Below are positions 42,154-53,049 of a stretch of DNA of 64,000 nucleotides, one piece after another. The notes under the pieces are model-generated. The model saw only the letters and a list, made by a program, of their open reading frames with translations, ran no database searches and was not told the DNA's origin. The DNA is taken from positions 670-64,669 of the forward strand of contig JAYGCL010000074.1 in NCBI GenBank assembly GCA_046583365.1, read 5' to 3'. The position numbers and the translations under genes are program-made. The stretch comes from Deltaproteobacteria bacterium. Lineage in GTDB: Bacteria > Desulfobacterota > Binatia > UBA1149 > CAYXZP01. Every line of letters begins with the position of its first letter. Positions within the stretch are counted from its first letter, which is position 1.

Positions 42154-42585
42154 TCAGGGTTCGACAATAATTTCCTTTGACGATTCCCAGGCCGCCGAAT
42201 GGGTGGGAGCCTCAAGGGCCCTCAACTCGGCACTCTCCTCCAGGGCGATGGTGAAGGTGACCTTCGGGCTGGTCTGTACGGGATGCAGATAGGTACGGGC
42301 CAGTTCGACGTCGTTTTTATAGAGGGCGATCCAGCGTACGTGGTGTTCAACCATCGAAGGGTGGCGGGTTCCCTGGCCGATTTCCACCGTCACGTCGAAC
42401 CACTGGCCGGCCTTGACCTTGTCGGGGGCGGTGATCTTGGGCGTATGCTTCGGGTCGTAGGCTTTGCTCGGGGCTTTAAAGGCGGGGGTTATGAGGTCAG
42501 CCTGGCCTTCGGCCATGGCCGGGGTTGAAACGGTGGACAAGCCAAAGACGGCAAGCACGGATACTGAGAGTAGCAATCGAGTCAC
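42154..42585 (-). CDS. Periplasmic desulfoferrodoxin/superoxide-reductase-like domain protein lacking the conserved Cys ligand
   Basis: Sec signal MTRLLLSVSVLAVFGLSTVSTPAMA. KHTPKI...RHPSMVEHHVRWIALY aligns to SOR EKHVPVIE...HPNTTEHHIRYIELY (His ligands kept). The C-terminal APTHSAAWE replaces the CNIHGLWE block, and there is no Cys anywhere in the mature protein. Confidence 0.65.
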   Translation of the reverse strand: MTRLLLSVSVLAVFGLSTVSTPAMAEGQADLITPAFKAPSKAYDPKHTPKITAPDKVKAGQWFDVTVEIGQGTRHPSMVEHHVRWIALYKNDVELARTYLHPVQTSPKVTFTIALEESAELRALEAPTHSAAWESSKEIIVEP

Positions 42586-42715
42586 GGTTTTCTCCCTTCT
42601 TGTTGAGCGGTCTGACGCGGACGTTAGCCCATAAAAACATTTCGTACAAAAGGGCCAAAGGCCAGGCGGTTGCGCCTATCCCCCTTGGCCGCGAATTTGG
42701 GTATGCTTACAGGCT

Positions 42716-44722
42716 ATGGCTCGGCAAGGTAGTTTCAAGCTGGTAAGCGATTTTTCTCTCCAGGGCGACCAGCCCGAGGGGGTGCGACAGTTGGTTGCCG
42801 GCGTCCGTGCCGGGGATCCCTACCAGGTGCTGCTTGGTGTTACGGGGTCGGGCAAGACCTTCACGATGGCCAATGTGATTGCGCGCCTGAACCGTCCCAC
42901 CGTTGTACTGGCTCCCAACAAGACCCTGGCGGCCCAACTCTACAACGAGTTCAGGCAACTCTTTCCGGAAAATGCGGTCCGCTATTTCGTTTCCTACTAC
43001 GATTACTATCAACCCGAGGCCTACCTTCCGAGTACCGACACCTACATAGAGAAGGACTCTTCGATCAACGACGAGATCGACAAGCTCCGGCATTCGGCCA
43101 CGCGGGCCCTGCTCGAGCGCAACGATGTTCTGATCGTGGCCTCTGTATCCTGCATCTACGGTCTGGGTTCCCCCGAGGAATACTTCGACATGCTCCTGTT
43201 CATCGAGGAGGGGATGAACATAGACCGTGACGATGTTCTCAAGAAGCTGGTGGCGATCCAATACCAGCGGGGCGACTATGACTTTCACCGCGGCACCTTC
43301 CGTGTGCGCGGTGACATAATCGAGATTTTTCCTGTCTACGAGGATTCACGCGGCCTACGTATTGAGTTCTTCGACGACGAGGTCGAGTCTATAAAAGAGA
43401 TAGACCCCCTGCGCGGTAGCGTGATGGGTAGGCTCAAGCGTTGCTGTGTCTATCCGGCAAGCCACTATGTGACCAGCCCCAAGCGACTGCGCCGGGCCAT
43501 AGAGGGCATACGCTGGGAACTGGGGGAGAGGCTTGCCGAACTCAGACAGGAGGGCAAGGATCTTGAGTTGCAAAGGCTCGAACAGCGAACGCTTTACGAC
43601 ATTGAGCTACTCTCGGAAATGGGAACCTGTCCTGGCGTGGAGAACTATTCCCGTCACCTCACGGGGCGCAAACCGGGAGAATCCCCGCCCACTCTGCTCC
43701 ACTACTTTGAGGGGGAATTTCTGACCTTTATCGACGAGAGCCACGTTACGGTTCCCCAGGTGGGTGGCATGTACCGGGGGGACAGGGCGCGCAAGGAGAC
43801 TCTGGTGGAGTTCGGTTTCCGCCTGCCGTCGGCGCTCGATAACCGGCCGCTCAAGTTTGACGAATTCGAAGGCGTGGTCGGTCCGGTGGTGTACGTCTCG
43901 GCCACCCCCGGAGATTACGAAATGGAAAAAACCGGGGGTGCGGTGGTCGAACAACTCGTCCGTCCTACCGGTCTTGTGGACCCGGCCGTAGAGGTGCGTG
44001 CGGCAACCACTCAGGTCGACGACCTTCTTGAGGAAATTCGTATCTGCGTGGAACGCGGCGAACGGGTCCTGGTGACCACCCTGACCAAGAAGATGGCCGA
44101 GGATCTGACCGACTACTACCAGGACGTTGACGTACGGGTCCGCTATCTGCATTCGGACATCAAGACCCTGGAAAGGGTGGAGATCATCCGTGACCTCAGG
44201 AAAGGTGTTTTCGATGTTCTGGTGGGAATTAATCTTTTGCGTGAAGGGCTCGACCTCCCCGAGGTCTCGCTGGTGGCCATTCTCGATGCCGATAAGGAGG
44301 GTTTTCTGCGCTCCACCCGTTCGCTGATCCAGACCATGGGGAGGGCGGCGCGTCATTTGAATGGCCGGGCCATCCTCTACGCCGACCGTATTACGGGATC
44401 CATGCGGGCCGCTATGGAGGAGACCGGGCGCCGCCGGGTCTTTCAGGAACATTACAACCAGGAGCACGGCATAGAACCGCGGTCGGTGATAAAAAATGTG
44501 GACGATCCGATGGTGCTCATGGCCGCCGCCGATTATGCGGCCGTTCCTGCGATTGCCGAAGAAGGTCCTGCCTACAGCAGCCATTCCCAACTCAAACGCG
44601 AAGTTGAACGTCTCCGCAAACGCATGCGCGAGGCTGCCGAGAGGCTGGAGTTCGAGAAGGCCGCCGACCTGCGCGACAAGGCCATAAAATTGGAACAATC
44701 GGAGCTTGGGCTCGATGGCTGA
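42716..44722 (+). CDS. uvrB: Excinuclease ABC subunit B
   Basis: GVTGSGKT Walker A, helicase motifs, beta-hairpin region, and a C-terminal UVR domain. Confidence 0.95.
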   Translation: MARQGSFKLVSDFSLQGDQPEGVRQLVAGVRAGDPYQVLLGVTGSGKTFTMANVIARLNRPTVVLAPNKTLAAQLYNEFRQLFPENAVRYFVSYYDYYQPEAYLPSTDTYIEKDSSINDEIDKLRHSATRALLERNDVLIVASVSCIYGLGSPEEYFDMLLFIEEGMNIDRDDVLKKLVAIQYQRGDYDFHRGTFRVRGDIIEIFPVYEDSRGLRIEFFDDEVESIKEIDPLRGSVMGRLKRCCVYPASHYVTSPKRLRRAIEGIRWELGERLAELRQEGKDLELQRLEQRTLYDIELLSEMGTCPGVENYSRHLTGRKPGESPPTLLHYFEGEFLTFIDESHVTVPQVGGMYRGDRARKETLVEFGFRLPSALDNRPLKFDEFEGVVGPVVYVSATPGDYEMEKTGGAVVEQLVRPTGLVDPAVEVRAATTQVDDLLEEIRICVERGERVLVTTLTKKMAEDLTDYYQDVDVRVRYLHSDIKTLERVEIIRDLRKGVFDVLVGINLLREGLDLPEVSLVAILDADKEGFLRSTRSLIQTMGRAARHLNGRAILYADRITGSMRAAMEETGRRRVFQEHYNQEHGIEPRSVIKNVDDPMVLMAAADYAAVPAIAEEGPAYSSHSQLKREVERLRKRMREAAERLEFEKAADLRDKAIKLEQSELGLDG

Positions 44723-46553
44723 AGAGACCGACAAGCTGGTTGCCAGGATCGAGGGATTGCCGGCCCGGCCCGGGGTCTACCTTTTCAAGAATGCCCGTGG
44801 CGGTGTCATTTACGTGGGGAAAGCGAAGTCCCTGCGTAGCCGCCTGCGTGGCTATCTGCGCGAGGGGGACGGCCGCTACCAGGTGCGCTTTCTTATGGAC
44901 AAGGCTCGCGACGTGGAGACCCTGGTCACGGCTACGGAAACCGAGGCTCTTATCCTTGAGAACAATCTGATCAAGCAGTACAAGCCCCGCTACAACATCC
45001 AACTCAAGGACGACAAGAGTTATTTGTCGGTAAAAATCACCAGCAAGGACGATTGGCCGCGGGTAATGGTGACCCGCAACATTAAACGCGACGGCAACAC
45101 CTACCTTGGTCCCTATGTCTCGGCTTCGTCACTGCGTGTTACAATCGACACTATCCGCAAGGTGTTTCCCTTGCGGACCTGTTCCGATGCCGTTTTTCGC
45201 AACCGCTCCCGCCCCTGTCTCGAGTATCAGATAAAGCGTTGTATGGCCCCCTGTGTGTTCGACATCGACCGCAAGCAGTATGCACTTCACCTTAAGGGTG
45301 CCATCAGGCTGCTCGAGGGCAAGGCCGAAGGCCTGATCGAGGACTTGTCCGGACAGATGCATGCGGCATCGCAAGCGGACCGTTTCGAAGAGGCGGCAAA
45401 ACTGCGCGACCGGATCGAGGCCGTCCGCAAAGTTTCCGAAGGCCAGAAGGTCCTTCTCCACGGGGGCGGGGACCGCGATGTGTTTGGCCTTTACCGTGAA
45501 GGTGGCTTTATCGAGGTCCAGGTTCTGTTGGTCAGGGCGGGCCGGCTGGTAGGCAACCGTGGTTTCAATTTTAAAGACAACGAACTTCCCGACGACGAGG
45601 TGCTCTCTTCCTTGCTCGGTCGTTTCTATTCAGGCCGCCCGGCGGTGCCCGACGAGGTGCTGCTGCCTTTCGTGGTAGAGGGGATGGGTGCCCTCGGCCA
45701 GTATCTGAGCGATTACCGTGACCGTAAGGTTTCGGTGGTGGCGCCGCTGCGGGGGGAGAAGAGACGTTTGGTCGAAATGGCAATGGAGAATGCCGAACAT
45801 GGTTTTGCCGAACGCAACGACGAGGCCGTGCGTCGTGAGGCCACACTGGCGGAACTCAAGATCAAACTGTCTCTGGCCAGCGTGCCCAAGCGCATAGAAT
45901 GTTTCGACATTTCCCACATACAGGGAGAGGCGGTGGTTGCTTCGATGGTAACCTTCGATGAGGGCCAGGCCGACAAGGCCGGCTATCGTCGTTACCGTCT
46001 TCGCGGGGTGCAGCGCAACGATGACTTTGCGGCCATGAAGGAGGTGCTCTCCAGGCGCCTCCAGCGGGGTCTCAAGGAAGGGGGGCTGCCCGACCTGTTG
46101 GTGGTTGACGGCGGCCGTGGCCAGCTGGCCCAGGCGGTGGAGGCGATCAAGGAACTTGAGGTCAAGGGCGTGGAGCTTTGCGCCTTGGCAAAGGAGAAAG
46201 TCGAGGCGGCGCCCCGGCAAGAAGAAATAAAACGGGTCGAGGACCGGGTGTTTCGGCCCGGCCGCTCCAATCCTGTAAAATTGAGCCGCAACTCCAGCGC
46301 TCTTTTTCTTCTCCAGCAGATTCGCGATGAGGCCCACCGTTTTGCTATCAGCTACCATCGTTCTTTGCGCTCCAGGACCCGTCTACGCTCGGCCCTGGAC
46401 GCAGTTGAGGGAGTAGGCGCGGCCAGGGCCAAGGCCCTGCTTTCCCGTTTCGGCAGCACCAAAAGGGTGGCAAAGGCCAGTATTGAGGAGTTGACCAGTG
46501 TGCGCGGTATCACTGAGCCACTGGCCCGCCGTATTCTCAAGACCCTGACTTGA
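44715..46553 (+). CDS. uvrC: Excinuclease ABC subunit C
   Basis: GIY-YIG N-terminus (PGVYLFKN...[10 protein letters not shown]), UVR domain, and C-terminal endonuclease V and HhH. Start chosen at MAEETDKL overlapping the uvrB stop (ATGGCTGA); ORF-track start 44706. Confidence 0.9.
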   Translation: MAEETDKLVARIEGLPARPGVYLFKNARGGVIYVGKAKSLRSRLRGYLREGDGRYQVRFLMDKARDVETLVTATETEALILENNLIKQYKPRYNIQLKDDKSYLSVKITSKDDWPRVMVTRNIKRDGNTYLGPYVSASSLRVTIDTIRKVFPLRTCSDAVFRNRSRPCLEYQIKRCMAPCVFDIDRKQYALHLKGAIRLLEGKAEGLIEDLSGQMHAASQADRFEEAAKLRDRIEAVRKVSEGQKVLLHGGGDRDVFGLYREGGFIEVQVLLVRAGRLVGNRGFNFKDNELPDDEVLSSLLGRFYSGRPAVPDEVLLPFVVEGMGALGQYLSDYRDRKVSVVAPLRGEKRRLVEMAMENAEHGFAERNDEAVRREATLAELKIKLSLASVPKRIECFDISHIQGEAVVASMVTFDEGQADKAGYRRYRLRGVQRNDDFAAMKEVLSRRLQRGLKEGGLPDLLVVDGGRGQLAQAVEAIKELEVKGVELCALAKEKVEAAPRQEEIKRVEDRVFRPGRSNPVKLSRNSSALFLLQQIRDEAHRFAISYHRSLRSRTRLRSALDAVEGVGAARAKALLSRFGSTKRVAKASIEELTSVRGITEPLARRILKTLT

Positions 46554-46587
46554 AATTACCGCGCTTTAATTTTTCTGTTGCGGACGC

Positions 46588-46893
46588 TTGAACAACGGGC
46601 CCCCGTTCGAGTACACCAGTGGAGTGGCGCTTTATTTTGCGGCCGCCGCCGCGTTGGCGGCCCAGTGGCTGGCCTCTGCCGCCCGGCCGGGGCCCGCCGA
46701 TGCCCTGGCCCTTGCCCTGGTTATGGGGTTCATGTCGGCCGGTGCGGGTAATCGTTATGGGTTTCCCCACGCCGAGGTCCGGCGGCGTTATCACAGGTCG
46801 GGGGCCCGGGTGTTGTCCACGGCCCTTTGGGGCGCCGTTAGTGTCGGCATAAGCCACCGTGGAATAGACGTTGACCGTGCGCAGCGTCGTTGA
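46588..46893 (+). pseudogene. Remnant of the C-terminus of a ComEC/Rec2-type MBL-fold protein
   Basis: The 101-aa ORF contains GNRYGFPHAEVRRRYHRSGARVLSTALWGAV, matching the ComEC C-terminal NRYGHPxxEVLxRLxxxGxxVxRTDxxGAV block, but there is no room for the preceding roughly 650 aa. Confidence 0.4.
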
Positions 46894-46946
46894 CTATTTC
46901 CGGGTTTCACCGATAACTAGGCCGCGCCCGGCGTTCCCTCGGATTT

Positions 46947-48227
46947 GTGAAGATACCTCCAGTAAAGGGTTTTCGGGATGTCTTTCCCGACGAAACCGTC
47001 CACCGCCGTGGCATTGTGAGCGCCGCGGTGGGGGTGCTCGAAAGCTACGATTTCAGGGAAGTTGAGCTGCCCCTGCTCGAGCGCGCCGCGTTGTTTTCCT
47101 CGTCGGTGGGCGCAACCACCGATATCGTGGAGAAGGAGATGTACGCCTTCGAGGACCGCGACGGCACGGTGGTGGCGCTACGTCCGGAAGGAACCGCATC
47201 CCTGGTGCGGGCCTACACGGATGCGGGTCTTGGCCGCTCGGAACCCGAGGCCAGGTTTTACTACGTTGGGCCTATGTTCCGCCGCGAGCGTCCCCAGAAA
47301 GGACGTTTCCGCCAGTTCACGCAGATTGGGGCCGAATGCATAGGACGTGCCGACGCCGCAGCCGACGCCGAGGTCATATGCATGGCCGCCGATATTTGTG
47401 AGGCCACCGGTATTGCGTCGGCGCGCATGGAAATAAACTCGCTTGGAGACGGCAACTGCCGTCCTGCCTACCGAGAGGCCTTGTTGGCCTACGGACGCGA
47501 GAGAACGGGGCAACTTTGCGAGAACTGCCGCAACCGTCTGGAGCGCAACCCCCTGCGCATCCTCGATTGCAAGGAGGAGTCCTGCCGCGTGATTGCCGCC
47601 GACGCACCGCAGATGTCCGACTTCCTGTGTGCCGGGTGTAAGGAGCACCACGGCCGTGTGCTCGACCTGCTCGGGGCCTGTTCGGTGGAGGTGGTTGCCA
47701 ACCCCAACATGGTCAGGGGGCTGGATTACTACTGCCGTACCGCTTTCGAGATCATCGCCGAAGGGCTCGGCGCCCAGGACGCGATCGGTGGGGGTGGACG
47801 TTACGATGGCCTGGTCGGCGCTCTGGGTGGGCCGGACCTGGCCGGGGTCGGCTTTGCCTTTGGCGTGGAACGTATGCAGATGGCCGCCGGCGGCGGCGCG
47901 GCAGCGGAGACCGCCGAATTCGTGCTGGCGCCTCTCGAGGAATCCGCCGACGGGGCGGCTCTGGCCCTGGCCCGGCGCATGCGTCGGGGGGGCATGTCGG
48001 TTGCTGTCGGCACTTCGGCGCGGCGCCTCAAGGTGCAGATGAAAAAAGCGGCCAAGGCTGGTGCGCGTTACGTGGTGATCATCGGTGAGGCCGAGTTGGC
48101 AAGCGGCCGGGCCAGCGTACGCGACATGGACGAACAGCGTGATTATCCGGCTTGCGTTCCTCTGGATGCGGCCGATGCGGTGGCCGTCAGCGAGGCGATA
48201 AAGAGGGCAAAAGACGGTGAAGCGTAG
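46947..48227 (+). CDS. hisS: Histidine--tRNA ligase
   Basis: Class II aaRS motifs (EKEMYAFEDRDG...LRPEGTASLVRA) and a C-terminal anticodon-binding domain. GTG start. Confidence 0.9.
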   Translation: MKIPPVKGFRDVFPDETVHRRGIVSAAVGVLESYDFREVELPLLERAALFSSSVGATTDIVEKEMYAFEDRDGTVVALRPEGTASLVRAYTDAGLGRSEPEARFYYVGPMFRRERPQKGRFRQFTQIGAECIGRADAAADAEVICMAADICEATGIASARMEINSLGDGNCRPAYREALLAYGRERTGQLCENCRNRLERNPLRILDCKEESCRVIAADAPQMSDFLCAGCKEHHGRVLDLLGACSVEVVANPNMVRGLDYYCRTAFEIIAEGLGAQDAIGGGGRYDGLVGALGGPDLAGVGFAFGVERMQMAAGGGAAAETAEFVLAPLEESADGAALALARRMRRGGMSVAVGTSARRLKVQMKKAAKAGARYVVIIGEAELASGRASVRDMDEQRDYPACVPLDAADAVAVSEAIKRAKDGEA

Positions 48228-49974
48228 CTGTTACTGCACCGAGGTGGGTGAGGAAGACGTTGGCAAGCGGCTGGTCCTGCAGGGCTGGGTGAACACCCGC
48301 CGTGATCACGGCGGAGTGATCTTCGTCGACCTGCGCGACCGCAGCGGTACCGTCCAGGTAGTCTTTAACCCCGACAACAGCAAGACGGCACACACCACGG
48401 CTGCCGAGTTGAGAAACGAGTACGTTGTGGAAGTAGAGGGGGAGTTGAGGCTTCGCACCGAGGATACCGTAAACCCGGAATTGTTGACTGGCAAAGTCGA
48501 GTTGATGGCCTCCCATCTGGAAATCCTGAACACCTCCGAGCCCAGTCCCTTTGCCATCGACGATGACGAACAGGTGACCGAGAACGTACGTTTGTCTCAC
48601 CGCTACCTCGACCTGCGCCGCCCTCTCATGCAGAAAAACCTGCTGGTGCGCCACCGGGTCTGCCGTGTCGTACATAACTATTTCGACGAACGGGGTTTTC
48701 TGGAAGTCGAGACTCCGATGCTCACCCGCAGCACCCCCGAGGGAGCCCGCGACTACCTGGTCCCCAGCCGTACGAGTCCGGGCAACTTCTTCGCTCTGCC
48801 CCAGTCTCCCCAACTGTTCAAACAGCTTTTGATGATCGGAGGGATCGACCGCTACTATCAGATTGCACGGTGCTTTCGTGATGAAGATCTGCGGGCAGAC
48901 CGACAGCCCGAATTCACACAGGTAGACCTGGAATTGTCCTTTGCGTCGGCGGAGGACGTGATGGCGATAGTCGAAGATCTTCTGAAGGCGGTTTTTTCAA
49001 CCATACGGGGAGGGTCTTACCAGGAACCCTTTCCCCGCCTTGACTACGACCAGGCCCTGGCGCGTTTTGGAACCGACCGGCCCGACACCCGTTTTGGTAT
49101 GGAACTGGTGGATCTTTCCGGGGTCTTCGGCCAATCGGAGTTTAAGGTTTTTCGCAGCGCAGTGGCCGCAGGGGGCTGCGTAAAGGCGATGGTCGTTCGT
49201 GGCGGTGCGGCGATGTCGCGCAAGGAGATAGACGATCTTGGCCGTCACGCGACCGAGGCCGGGGCCAAGGGCCTGGCCTGGATCAAGGTGGAGGGTGGGT
49301 CCTGGCAGTCCCCGATCGTAAAATTCTTCTCGGACGGCGAACGCGAGGCCCTGGCCTCGGCGGCCGGTCTCGAAGATGGCGACCTGGTTCTTTTTGGTGC
49401 CGACAAGACCGCAGTGGTCAACCAGGTCCTCTCAACCCTGCGTTGCCGTCTGGGTGCCGAGCGTGGGCTTATCGACGACAGCCGCCTGGATTTCGTCTGG
49501 GTCACCGATTTTCCCCTGGTCGAGTACAACCAGGACGATTCCCGTTACTATGCCTTGCACCATCCCTTTACCGCGCCCCGTAGTGCAGACCTCGACCTGC
49601 TTGAGTCCGACCCCCTGGCTCTGCGCGCCGACGCTTACGATATCGTCCTCAACGGTGTCGAGCTGGGCGGGGGTTCGGTGCGTATTCACAAGAGCGAAAT
49701 TCAGAAGCGCGTGTTTGCACTGTTGGGAATCTCGGCCGACGAGGCCCGCGCCAAGTTCGGTTTTTTGCTCGACGCTCTTGCCCACGGTGCTCCGCCCCAC
49801 GCTGGTCTGGCCCTGGGCCTGGACCGGCTGGTGGCAATCCTGACGGGCAGCGAATCAATACGTGACGTAATCGCTTTTCCAAAAACACAAAGGGCCGCCT
49901 GCCTTCTTACCCAGGCGCCCTCGGCGGTAGAGGATGGGCAGCTCAGGCAGCTGGGCTTGAGGAGGGACGTTTGA
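48217..49974 (+). CDS. aspS: Aspartate--tRNA ligase
   Basis: N-terminal OB fold (LQGWVNTRRDHGGVIFVDLRDRSG), class II motifs, and FAIDDDEQ. The GTG start overlaps the hisS stop. Confidence 0.9.
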   Translation: MKRSCYCTEVGEEDVGKRLVLQGWVNTRRDHGGVIFVDLRDRSGTVQVVFNPDNSKTAHTTAAELRNEYVVEVEGELRLRTEDTVNPELLTGKVELMASHLEILNTSEPSPFAIDDDEQVTENVRLSHRYLDLRRPLMQKNLLVRHRVCRVVHNYFDERGFLEVETPMLTRSTPEGARDYLVPSRTSPGNFFALPQSPQLFKQLLMIGGIDRYYQIARCFRDEDLRADRQPEFTQVDLELSFASAEDVMAIVEDLLKAVFSTIRGGSYQEPFPRLDYDQALARFGTDRPDTRFGMELVDLSGVFGQSEFKVFRSAVAAGGCVKAMVVRGGAAMSRKEIDDLGRHATEAGAKGLAWIKVEGGSWQSPIVKFFSDGEREALASAAGLEDGDLVLFGADKTAVVNQVLSTLRCRLGAERGLIDDSRLDFVWVTDFPLVEYNQDDSRYYALHHPFTAPRSADLDLLESDPLALRADAYDIVLNGVELGGGSVRIHKSEIQKRVFALLGISADEARAKFGFLLDALAHGAPPHAGLALGLDRLVAILTGSESIRDVIAFPKTQRAACLLTQAPSAVEDGQLRQLGLRRDV

Positions 49975-50627
49975 GGCAGCACCGCTACACAGTGACCGCC
50001 ACCTGGGGGCGCGTTGCTTGTGCCTGTCTGACCCTGGTTCTTGCAGCCGTCCCCGGGTGTTCGGCCCTCGACGCTGTGATCGCTCCGGCTACGGAAAGTT
50101 CGGTGCGTCGAATCGCCATCCTGCCTTTTGCCCACCGGGCCGAAGGGCAGAAGGGAGCTTGTCCTCTGTGTCCCGACCAGGTTGTTATGGACGTTGTCGC
50201 CGAGGAGCAGGCCTTGCTGGTGACGGCTTTTTTCTATGAGGAGATGGCCAAGTACCCGCGTTTCTCCATCGTCCGGGCCTCGGCCGTGGAGCGTGCATGG
50301 GGAAAGGGTGGCGACGGTGTGGTAGACCGACTCCTGGCACGCGAGGATATCGACGCGGTGCTGATTGGCGCTTTGCTGGAACTGAGAGAAGCCGGACCCC
50401 ACCGGCCGCGTGCGGGTGCTGCCGTTTACGCCGCACTGTTGGAGTCGGATGGACTCACGCCGTTGTGGAGCGGTTTTTTCAACGAGAACGCTTTGCAGCG
50501 GACAAGGATAGGCCGATACCTGAACAGACTGATGGGTGACGGCGATGAGGGGAATATGTCGGCATTGGGAGTCGCCCACTACGGGACAGCCAAACTGGTG
50601 GAGCGTTTGGCCGGTGAGGCCAGATAG
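49971..50627 (+). CDS. Hypothetical lipoprotein
   Basis: Lipobox LAAVPGC. Protein-like composition; no family assigned. Start uncertain (TTG 49971 or GTG 49992). Confidence 0.5.
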   Translation: MRQHRYTVTATWGRVACACLTLVLAAVPGCSALDAVIAPATESSVRRIAILPFAHRAEGQKGACPLCPDQVVMDVVAEEQALLVTAFFYEEMAKYPRFSIVRASAVERAWGKGGDGVVDRLLAREDIDAVLIGALLELREAGPHRPRAGAAVYAALLESDGLTPLWSGFFNENALQRTRIGRYLNRLMGDGDEGNMSALGVAHYGTAKLVERLAGEAR

Positions 50628-50648
50628 CCGGTTTTGGGGGATAGAGGC

Positions 50649-51506
50649 TTGGCTCGCATAATCGACGGCAAGGCGATGGCCGAAGACATCAGGCGTGACC
50701 TGGCTCTACGCATATCCGCCCGCCGGGAGAAAGGGCTCAGGGTGCCGGGGTTGGTAACCATTATGGTCGGCGAGAATCCTGCCTCCCGGGTCTACGTCGG
50801 CCGCAAACAGAAAGAGTCTCAGGCCGTCGGTATGCTGGCAGAGTCGGTGGAACTGCCTGCCTCAACGAGCGAGGAAAAGGTGATCGCCACGGTCGAGGAG
50901 TACAACCGCCGTGACGATATAGACGGGATCCTTGTGCAGTTGCCCTTGCCCGACGGGCTCGACACGGACCGAATCATAGCCTCACTCGACCCGGCCAAGG
51001 ACGTTGACGGTCTCCATCCTCTCAACCAGGGCGCGTTGTTTACCGGCCGGCCGGGAATTCGTCCCTGTACACCGGTAAGCTGTATGCGCCTTATAGACAG
51101 CACCGGTATAGACCCGTCCGGTCTACACGCAGTGGTTGTCGGGAGGTCTGTCCTGGTCGGTAAACCGGTGGCCATGCTGCTCCTGGAACGCAACGCGACG
51201 GTGGTATTGTGCCATTCGCGTACGATCGACCTTGACAGACACCTGGCCGAGGCCGATATCGTCGTTGCCGCCGTGGGCAGCCCGCGTCTGGTCAAGGGCA
51301 ACTGGATAAAACCGGGGGCGGTGGTTATCGACGTGGGTATAAACCGGGTTGACGGCAAACTGGTTGGTGATGTTGAGTTTGAAACGGCCAGCCAGCGCGC
51401 CGCTCACATCACACCGGTGCCCGGCGGCGTGGGGCCGATGACGGTGGCCATGCTGTTGTGCAACACACTGGAGGCCTGCCAGGCTCACAACGGTCGAAAC
51501 GTATGA
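50649..51506 (+). CDS. folD: Bifunctional methylenetetrahydrofolate dehydrogenase/cyclohydrolase
   Basis: ARIIDGKAMAEDIRRDL N-terminus, YVGRKQKES, GRSVLVGKP. TTG at 50649 with GGGGGA RBS (ORF-track start 50634). Confidence 0.9.
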   Translation: MARIIDGKAMAEDIRRDLALRISARREKGLRVPGLVTIMVGENPASRVYVGRKQKESQAVGMLAESVELPASTSEEKVIATVEEYNRRDDIDGILVQLPLPDGLDTDRIIASLDPAKDVDGLHPLNQGALFTGRPGIRPCTPVSCMRLIDSTGIDPSGLHAVVVGRSVLVGKPVAMLLLERNATVVLCHSRTIDLDRHLAEADIVVAAVGSPRLVKGNWIKPGAVVIDVGINRVDGKLVGDVEFETASQRAAHITPVPGGVGPMTVAMLLCNTLEACQAHNGRNV

Positions 51507-52630
51507 GCGGGCCGGCCGACCAGGGGATGCGCACTCCGCTTTATCAGGAACATGTGGACGCCGGTGCCCGCATGGTTGAGTTTGCCGGTTGGCAGATGCC
51601 GGTCCAATACACCTCGATTGTGGCCGAGCACCACGCCGTGCGTACAGCGGCAGGTCTTTTCGACGTCAGCCACATGGGTGAGATCGAGATTTCCGGTGCC
51701 GCAGCCGAGGACTGTTGTTGTCGGTTGTTCTCCAACGACGCTTCCCGTCTTGCTCCCGGTCGCGCCCAGTACAGTCTGATTGTAAATGAAGATGGCGGTA
51801 CCGTGGACGACATTATAGTCTACCGTCTTGAGGCCGAGCGTTTTTTTGTCTGTGTTAATGCCGCGAACGCGGCCAAGGATTTTGCCTGGATAGACGAGCG
51901 GGCGCCGGCCGGCGCAACCGTAAAGGATGTCAGCGCGGAGTATGCGCTGTTGGCCCTTCAGGGACCTGCGGCTGTGGGTGTGGTGGAGCAGTTGACGGGC
52001 ATCGGGGGAAGTGTCGAACTGCCCCGGCGTTTCTGCGTTGGCCGTGTTGAGGTGGCCTCGGTTCCGGTCTTGCTGGCACGCACCGGTTACACAGGTGAGG
52101 ATGGTTTTGAAATGTTCGTTCCCGCCCAGGCCGCTGCTCAGCTGTGGCGGGCCGTATTGGATGCCGGTCGCCAACACGGCGTGGTGCCGGTGGGTCTGGG
52201 GGCCCGCGACACCCTGAGACTGGAGGCTGCGCTGCCCCTTTACGGACACGAGTTGGGCGAGGATATCAACGCCTACGAGGTCGGCCTCGGATGGGCGGTC
52301 AAACTCAACAGGCCTCATATGACGGGTCATGGAGCCCTGGCCTCGGTGCATGAGGCCGGCCCCCGCCGCCGTCTCCTGGGCCTGGAGGTGGAGGGGGGTA
52401 TAGCACGCAGCGGTCATATGGTAGTTGCCGGTGAAAAGGTCGTAGGTGCCGTGACCAGCGGCTCCCACTGTCCCACCTTGGGCAGGGCCCTGGCCCTGGC
52501 CCTGGTGGAGGCGGACTCTCCCGGAGAGGGGCTGGCCGTGGAGATCAGGGGCAAGGCGAGGGGGGTCAGCGTGACGGACCTCCCGTTTTATGTTAGGCAG
52601 CGGCATCTGGCCGACGGGCAAGGCTCGTAA
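51503..52630 (+). CDS. gcvT: Glycine cleavage system aminomethyltransferase (T protein)
   Basis: TPLYQEHVDAGARMVEFAGWQMPVQY. ATG at 51503 overlaps the folD stop (ATGA); ORF-track start 51458. Confidence 0.9.
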   Translation: MSGPADQGMRTPLYQEHVDAGARMVEFAGWQMPVQYTSIVAEHHAVRTAAGLFDVSHMGEIEISGAAAEDCCCRLFSNDASRLAPGRAQYSLIVNEDGGTVDDIIVYRLEAERFFVCVNAANAAKDFAWIDERAPAGATVKDVSAEYALLALQGPAAVGVVEQLTGIGGSVELPRRFCVGRVEVASVPVLLARTGYTGEDGFEMFVPAQAAAQLWRAVLDAGRQHGVVPVGLGARDTLRLEAALPLYGHELGEDINAYEVGLGWAVKLNRPHMTGHGALASVHEAGPRRRLLGLEVEGGIARSGHMVVAGEKVVGAVTSGSHCPTLGRALALALVEADSPGEGLAVEIRGKARGVSVTDLPFYVRQRHLADGQGS

Positions 52631-52647
52631 AGGACAAAGGACTGGCA

Positions 52648-53040
52648 ATGGAGTTTCCGGACAATCTTAAATACAGCAAAGAGCACGAGTGGGTCAGGGT
52701 GGAGGACGACGGCTCGGTGGTCATAGGCATCACCGAGTACGCCCAGGACCAACTTGGCGACATCGTCTTCATAGAACTCCCCGAGGTCAGCGAAAAGATT
52801 ATCGCCAAGGATGACCCTTTTGCGGTTGTGGAATCGGTCAAGGCGGTGTCCGACGTTTACGCGCCGGTTAGCGGTAAGGTGGTGGAAGTCAACGACGAGC
52901 TTCCCAAGACTCCCGAAATCGTAAACCAGGACTGTTATGGCGACGGTTGGATGGTGAGAATGGAACTGGAACACGGCACCGAGCTGGAAGATATGATCTC
53001 GGCGGCCGATTACCAGCAGCACGTAGACGATATTTCCTAA
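52648..53040 (+). CDS. gcvH: Glycine cleavage system H protein
   Basis: Lipoyl-lysine motif ESVKAVSDVYAPVSG. Confidence 0.9.
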   Translation: MEFPDNLKYSKEHEWVRVEDDGSVVIGITEYAQDQLGDIVFIELPEVSEKIIAKDDPFAVVESVKAVSDVYAPVSGKVVEVNDELPKTPEIVNQDCYGDGWMVRMELEHGTELEDMISAADYQQHVDDIS

Positions 53041-53049
53041 GCCTTATTG

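Noticed and set aside
42586-42715. LexA/SOS box upstream of uvrB
   Set aside because: No CTGT-N8-ACAG, GAAC-N4-GTTC or GGTT-N10-ACC-type palindrome was found on inspection; weak partial matches only.
46554-46946. Glycine riboswitch or T-box upstream of the hisS-aspS-folD-gcv array
   Set aside because: No GGAGAG...ACCGAAGGGGCAA-like aptamer consensus and no specifier/T-box motifs were seen. The region instead contains the ComEC remnant ORF.
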